Shown here piece after piece: positions 59,520-64,000 of a DNA stretch of 64,000 nt (its first letter is position 1; each line of letters opens with the position of its first letter). This stretch comes from Synergistales bacterium (GTDB lineage: Bacteria > Synergistota > Synergistia > Synergistales > JAFGMB01). The stretch covers positions 1,184,001 through 1,248,000 of the forward strand of contig OY762654.1 of assembly GCA_963666205.1 (NCBI GenBank), read 5' to 3'. The translations under genes were made by a program, and so were the position numbers. The notes under the pieces are model-generated. The model searched no databases, was not told where the DNA came from, and saw only the letters and a list, made by a program, of their open reading frames with translations.

Positions 59520-60713
59520 CTAAAACCGCTCATATATTGTTGCCATGCCCAAGCCACCAGCAATACATATAGTAGCCAGACCATACCTGACATGGCGTTT
59601 TTTCATTTCATGAAGCAGAGTCACTGTGATCCTGTTGCCAGAACAACCAAGGGGATGCCCTAGAGCTATGGCACCACCATTAACATTTGTTATTTCCTGA
59701 TTCAGACCCAACTCTTTTATACAGGCCAGGCTTTGTGCGGCAAAAGCTTCATTAAGTTCGATCAAGCCAATATCTTCCAGCTTTAGCCCAGACCTACTCA
59801 AAGCCTTCTGTGTAGCAGGAACTGGCCCTATACCCATGTACCGAGGGTCTACCCCAGATGCAGTACCCACAACAAATCGTGCCATTGGTTCTAAACCGGA
59901 TTTTTTTAGCATAGTTTCTGACATCAGGAGAACAGCAGAGGCCCCATCGTTTCTTCCTGAACTGCTTCCTGCAGTCACTGTCCCATCAGATTTGAAAGCT
60001 GGCTTTAGCTTTGCCATTTTCTCTATAGAAACATCTCTTCGTGGAAATTCATCTACTTTAAATTCAATGGGATCACCTTTTTTTTGTGGGATGAGGACAG
60101 GCACTGTTTCATCCTCAAATTTACCTTCATCAATTGCCTGAACCGCTCTCTTTTGGCTTGTAAAAGAAAACATATCCTGCTCTTCTCTTGAGATGCTGTA
60201 CTTTTCAGCAAGATTTTCTGCAGTCATACCCATTATCAGATGTCCATATTTATCTTCAGGCTGTGAACGAGGCTGACTTTCAGTATTAGGATCTAATAGG
60301 AGACCATTCCCAGCTTTATAACCAAATCTTGCTTTTCTTAAATAAAACGGAGCTGTACTCATACTCTCAACTCCACCAGCAATAACTACATCAGAGTATC
60401 CAGTCATGATCTGCAAAGCACCATTTACGATTGACTGCATTCCGGATGCACATTGCCTATGGACAGTATAAGCGGGCATTTCTTCAGGAAAACCTGCCAT
60501 TAACGAAGCCAACCTGGCAATATTGGGACAGTCCGTAGACTGCTTTGCTTGTCCCAGAATGACCTCATCGACCATACCGCTCTCAATGGAGACTTTCTCA
60601 AGCACGCCAGAAATAACAACCCTTGCTAACTCCTCTGCCGGGATATTCTGTAAGGCCCCTCCTAATTTCCCTCCTGCAGTACGAACAGCAGAAACAACAT
60701 ACACACTCTCCAC
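59520..60713 (-). CDS. atoB: Acetyl-CoA C-acyltransferase (thiolase)
   Basis: CASG, NEAFA, GHPLG, CIAGG. Confidence 0.88.
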   Translation of the reverse strand: MESVYVVSAVRTAGGKLGGALQNIPAEELARVVISGVLEKVSIESGMVDEVILGQAKQSTDCPNIARLASLMAGFPEEMPAYTVHRQCASGMQSIVNGALQIMTGYSDVVIAGGVESMSTAPFYLRKARFGYKAGNGLLLDPNTESQPRSQPEDKYGHLIMGMTAENLAEKYSISREEQDMFSFTSQKRAVQAIDEGKFEDETVPVLIPQKKGDPIEFKVDEFPRRDVSIEKMAKLKPAFKSDGTVTAGSSSGRNDGASAVLLMSETMLKKSGLEPMARFVVGTASGVDPRYMGIGPVPATQKALSRSGLKLEDIGLIELNEAFAAQSLACIKELGLNQEITNVNGGAIALGHPLGCSGNRITVTLLHEMKKRHVRYGLATICIAGGLGMATIYERF

Positions 60714-61160
60714 GACAACACCCCCGAATGAAATCTATAATGCCAGCAGAATAAGATACCTTTTTACTGAAATATTAGAATTGAAGATATATTTAGAGTC
60801 TTGCATGAAATCTTGCATCCCCCATAAAATGCGGTTGAAATATTCCATTCATTCGCATTATAAAACAGAATGTGTAAGAATTCCAGAGAGAATGTCCAGT
60901 AAGAGATTTTGTTATTTTTCTTTTCTATATCCCTATGAATTATTTTGGTGGGTGCTACAGAATTGAGATACTGCTCTGAACATTATCTTGGGATACATAC
61001 TATGTCTTTTATTTCGATTTCAAACATCGAAAAACAGCATAGGAGAGTTACTCGTTCCAATTGTATGGGAGAGATTGAGAGTAATTTATTAAGATGGGTT
61101 TTAATAGTTCTCCATGAAAGACATTGCTTTTGAAAAGCAAAAATCCTTTAATGATAGAAA

Positions 61161-62036
61161 TTACACGATAGGAGGCGTCTTCCTTTTCCAACCAACATAA
61201 ATTTCTTCCTGATCCCAGATCTCTTCAAAGTCTTTCAAGGTGTCCTGTCCTTCCTTCCCGAATTTTCTCACCACCGATACTATCAGAGCATTCAAGATGC
61301 TCATTGTGGGCGTAAGAGAAATAACAAATGAGACCGGGGGAGCTTGAACTACCAGCGGAATATCAGATGCCATTGCAACAGGAGAAGTGAGGCTGTTTGT
61401 TATTGATGCCGTCTTTATCCCAATCGAATGAGCATACTCCAATAAACGTACTGTCGCCCTTGAGAATCTACCAGTACATATGCCAATCAAAAGGGGGTTT
61501 TGAGTTTTGTTTTTCGCCTTTAAGAGCCTTTCAAAGGCAAAATCTTTATCCAAAAGATTAATTGCCGGAAGAAACCACGAGAGGTACATATTAAGAAAAT
61601 AAGCAGTGGCATAACTGCCTCTGCTGGCGACAATATATACAGCATCAGATTTTATCAAAGCATCGGCTATGCTATCTAATGCTTTATAATCCAGATTAGT
61701 AATTGTATTTAACAATGCTTCATTATCGTCCATCAGAATTTTAGTAGTTACATCATCCTTTCCAGCAGAGCTGATGTAAGTATTGTGTTCCTCAAAGGGG
61801 GTACATAGTTTAATCAATGACTCCTGGATGGAGCTTCTCATGGCAGGGTAACCATCATACCCAAGAGCTAAAGCGAATCTTACAACAGTAGATTCACTTA
61901 TCCCAACTCTTTTGGCTAATTCAGCAGCAGTAAGGAATGCAACTTCATTCATTCTTTCAAGGATATACTCGGCTATTTCTAAATGTGATGCCGATAGTTC
62001 CGGTAGTTTAGACATTATGCGATCTTTGACCATCAA
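61161..62036 (-). CDS. MurR/RpiR family transcriptional regulator
   Basis: SESTVVRFALALGYDGY HTH followed by an SIS domain. Confidence 0.9.
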   Translation of the reverse strand: MMVKDRIMSKLPELSASHLEIAEYILERMNEVAFLTAAELAKRVGISESTVVRFALALGYDGYPAMRSSIQESLIKLCTPFEEHNTYISSAGKDDVTTKILMDDNEALLNTITNLDYKALDSIADALIKSDAVYIVASRGSYATAYFLNMYLSWFLPAINLLDKDFAFERLLKAKNKTQNPLLIGICTGRFSRATVRLLEYAHSIGIKTASITNSLTSPVAMASDIPLVVQAPPVSFVISLTPTMSILNALIVSVVRKFGKEGQDTLKDFEEIWDQEEIYVGWKRKTPPIV

Positions 62037-62534
62037 TAATCTCCTTTAACTCAATTGATTAAAAACTCTTCTATCGATTAAAACCAGACTTTTACGCTTA
62101 TAGTTATTTCCCATATATAAGCTTGTTATTATCACACACTATTACTAACTATTGCTGATTATACAAGATTCCTCTCTGCATACGAAGTAAATCAACATAC
62201 ATCCCGTGAAAACCCTTGACATAATCTCTTGCTAAAGAGGGTGAAAAATATTTTATTATGTACATATACTTGAATCATAGAAAAAATTGCAGCAAAGACG
62301 TTATCTGGACTTAGGATACATATCAATAGGCGGGATTCGCTACTCCCCTGTTATTTAATCGTTTACTATCATTAAAAAATTTTAATTAAGTTATTAAAAT
62401 CAATTCATAGCAATTGTATGAACATGACTTACCTGATACAAAACAAGCAAACTGTCTATGCCCCAAAAGAAGACACCTGTAATACATTCACAGGCATCTC
62501 CTTTTGAGGAAATATTCTCTTGCCATATAAGCAA

Positions 62535-63713
62535 TTAGCGCTTTATTACAATGGAGACGCCTTGCCCTCCTCCGATACAGGCAGTGGCCAAACCCAATTC
62601 AAGGTCACGATTTTTCAAAGCATATATAAGGGTGGTTAGGATTTTCGCACCAGTTGCTCCTACAGGATGACCCAAAGCTATAGCACCGCCATAAATATTG
62701 CATTTCTCCATATCAAAAGGCATTTTCCTGTTTACGGCCAGAACTTGTGCTGCAAATGCTTCATTTAATTCAATTAAATCCATGTCATCCAGGTTTAAAC
62801 CGGCTTTATCAAGTGCCTTTGGAGTGGATATAACGGGCCCCAGACCAAAATATCGTGCATCTAAAGCACCACTGGCATAACCAATAATTTTCGCCAGAAT
62901 CGTGTACCCTTGAGAACGGGCCCAGTCTTCATCTGCCACAATAATGGCACAACCTGCATCACATAGCGCCGAACTACTTCCAGCTGTGATAGTACCATTT
63001 TCTTTAAATATAGCTGGCAATTTACTCAGTTTTTCAAGACTAGTATCCCTTCTAGGTATTTCATCAGTATCAAATATTACGTCACCCTTTTTCCGGTCTT
63101 TAATAGTAACTGGAATGATTTCATCCTGAAAATTTCCGTTATCAATAGCGTCAATTGCTCGGAGGTGACTTCTCAGGGTAAATTCATCCTGTTCCTGCCT
63201 TGATATATGAAAGTCTTCAACTAGCTGTTCCGTCGCTGTACCCATTATCACATTCGATATCGGACAAATAAATCCATCCCTATGCAAGGCATCTGGAACA
63301 CGTTTTTCTCCCATCCTATGTCCCCATCTGGCATCAGGCAGCAAATACGGAACATTCGAAGCACTTTCCATGCCTCCTGCTACAATAACCTTTGAGTCTC
63401 CTAATCTAATCTTGTCTGCTGCTAACATCACAGACTTGATACCAGACCCACATCTCTTGTTAATGCTGAAGGCTGGAATACTCTGAGGAAGACCCGCCCG
63501 GTAGAGCGCTATTCTAGCCGGATTAGCTCCTACTCCAGCCTGCCAGCCAATACCAAGGATGACTTCATCGATATCCTCGTAACTTACACCACTTCTTTTT
63601 ATTGCTTCAGAAACGGCATATGCGCCAAGATCAGAAGCATCAAAAGGTTTTAAACTCCCTCCAAATTTCCCACCTGGAGTCCTACAGGCACTTATAATTA
63701 CCGGGTTTCCCAT
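62535..63713 (-). CDS. Thiolase (second copy)
   Basis: CGSG, NEAFA, GHPVGATG, CIGGGQG. Confidence 0.92.
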   Translation of the reverse strand: MGNPVIISACRTPGGKFGGSLKPFDASDLGAYAVSEAIKRSGVSYEDIDEVILGIGWQAGVGANPARIALYRAGLPQSIPAFSINKRCGSGIKSVMLAADKIRLGDSKVIVAGGMESASNVPYLLPDARWGHRMGEKRVPDALHRDGFICPISNVIMGTATEQLVEDFHISRQEQDEFTLRSHLRAIDAIDNGNFQDEIIPVTIKDRKKGDVIFDTDEIPRRDTSLEKLSKLPAIFKENGTITAGSSSALCDAGCAIIVADEDWARSQGYTILAKIIGYASGALDARYFGLGPVISTPKALDKAGLNLDDMDLIELNEAFAAQVLAVNRKMPFDMEKCNIYGGAIALGHPVGATGAKILTTLIYALKNRDLELGLATACIGGGQGVSIVIKR

Positions 63714-63745
63714 AAATTAGCCCCTCCTAGAAAATGTATTCTCCT

Positions 63746-64000
63746 TTAGTCAATCCCTTCCATAGTGGACAGGGCATCGGAAACGGTAAATTCAGCAGTA
63801 ACATTATTTGTAATATCTTCTACCGTTACCTCTGGAGCAAGTTCACAAAGGGATAAAGTCCCTTCATTAACCCTGAAAAGACAATACTCTGTCACAATAG
63901 TGTCTACGACACCAACCCCTGTCAGGGGCAGGGTGCATTTCTTAAGGATTTTGGGTTCACCTTTTTTAGTTAGCAAAGTAGTCGCTATGATAACCCTTTT
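63746..64000 (-). CDS. CoA-transferase subunit B, 3' part
   Basis: KILKKCTLPLTG...IVTE...ELAP; paralog of 58123; truncated by the window end. Confidence 0.85.
   Translation of the reverse strand, partial: KRVIIATTLLTKKGEPKILKKCTLPLTGVGVVDTIVTEYCLFRVNEGTLSLCELAPEVTVEDITNNVTAEFTVSDALSTMEGID

Noticed and set aside
60799-60818. Sigma54 promoter (TTGCATGAAATCTTGCA)
   Set aside because: It lacks the -24 GG, the spacing is off and it faces away from the thiolase; at most a short direct repeat.

Overview
A 64-kb, mostly metabolic chromosomal segment of an anaerobic amino-acid-fermenting bacterium, very probably Synergistota (four genes end in a SYNERG-CTERM-like sorting signal: GC, hydrophobic helix, basic tail). 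In order: a DUF362/polyferredoxin/tatA/tatC operon; Ub-Mut7C; two homologous leader-peptide attenuators absent from the ORF track (an Ile/Val/Leu-sensing one before a 46-aa ORF plus an FAH-family hydratase, and a Leu-sensing one before leuCDBA); glutaminase; a GntR-regulated operon (three-gene flavin/Fe-S dehydrogenase, TAXI-TRAP transporter, LarA-family racemase) that looks like an undescribed alpha-hydroxy-acid pathway; glnA; glycerate kinase; Fe-ADH; a second larA; a secreted protein with a frameshifted Asp-rich tandem repeat; surface proteins; NlpC/P60; a DEAD-box helicase; rbsD with an rbsC relic; a regulon of amidohydrolases, an aminotransferase, a U32-like protein and an MFS transporter sharing one operator; and an AT-richer end with duplicated thiolase/CoA-transferase (ato-like) modules. 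I saw no rRNA, tRNA, CRISPR array or transposase. All product calls come from motif recognition by eye, with no database search.
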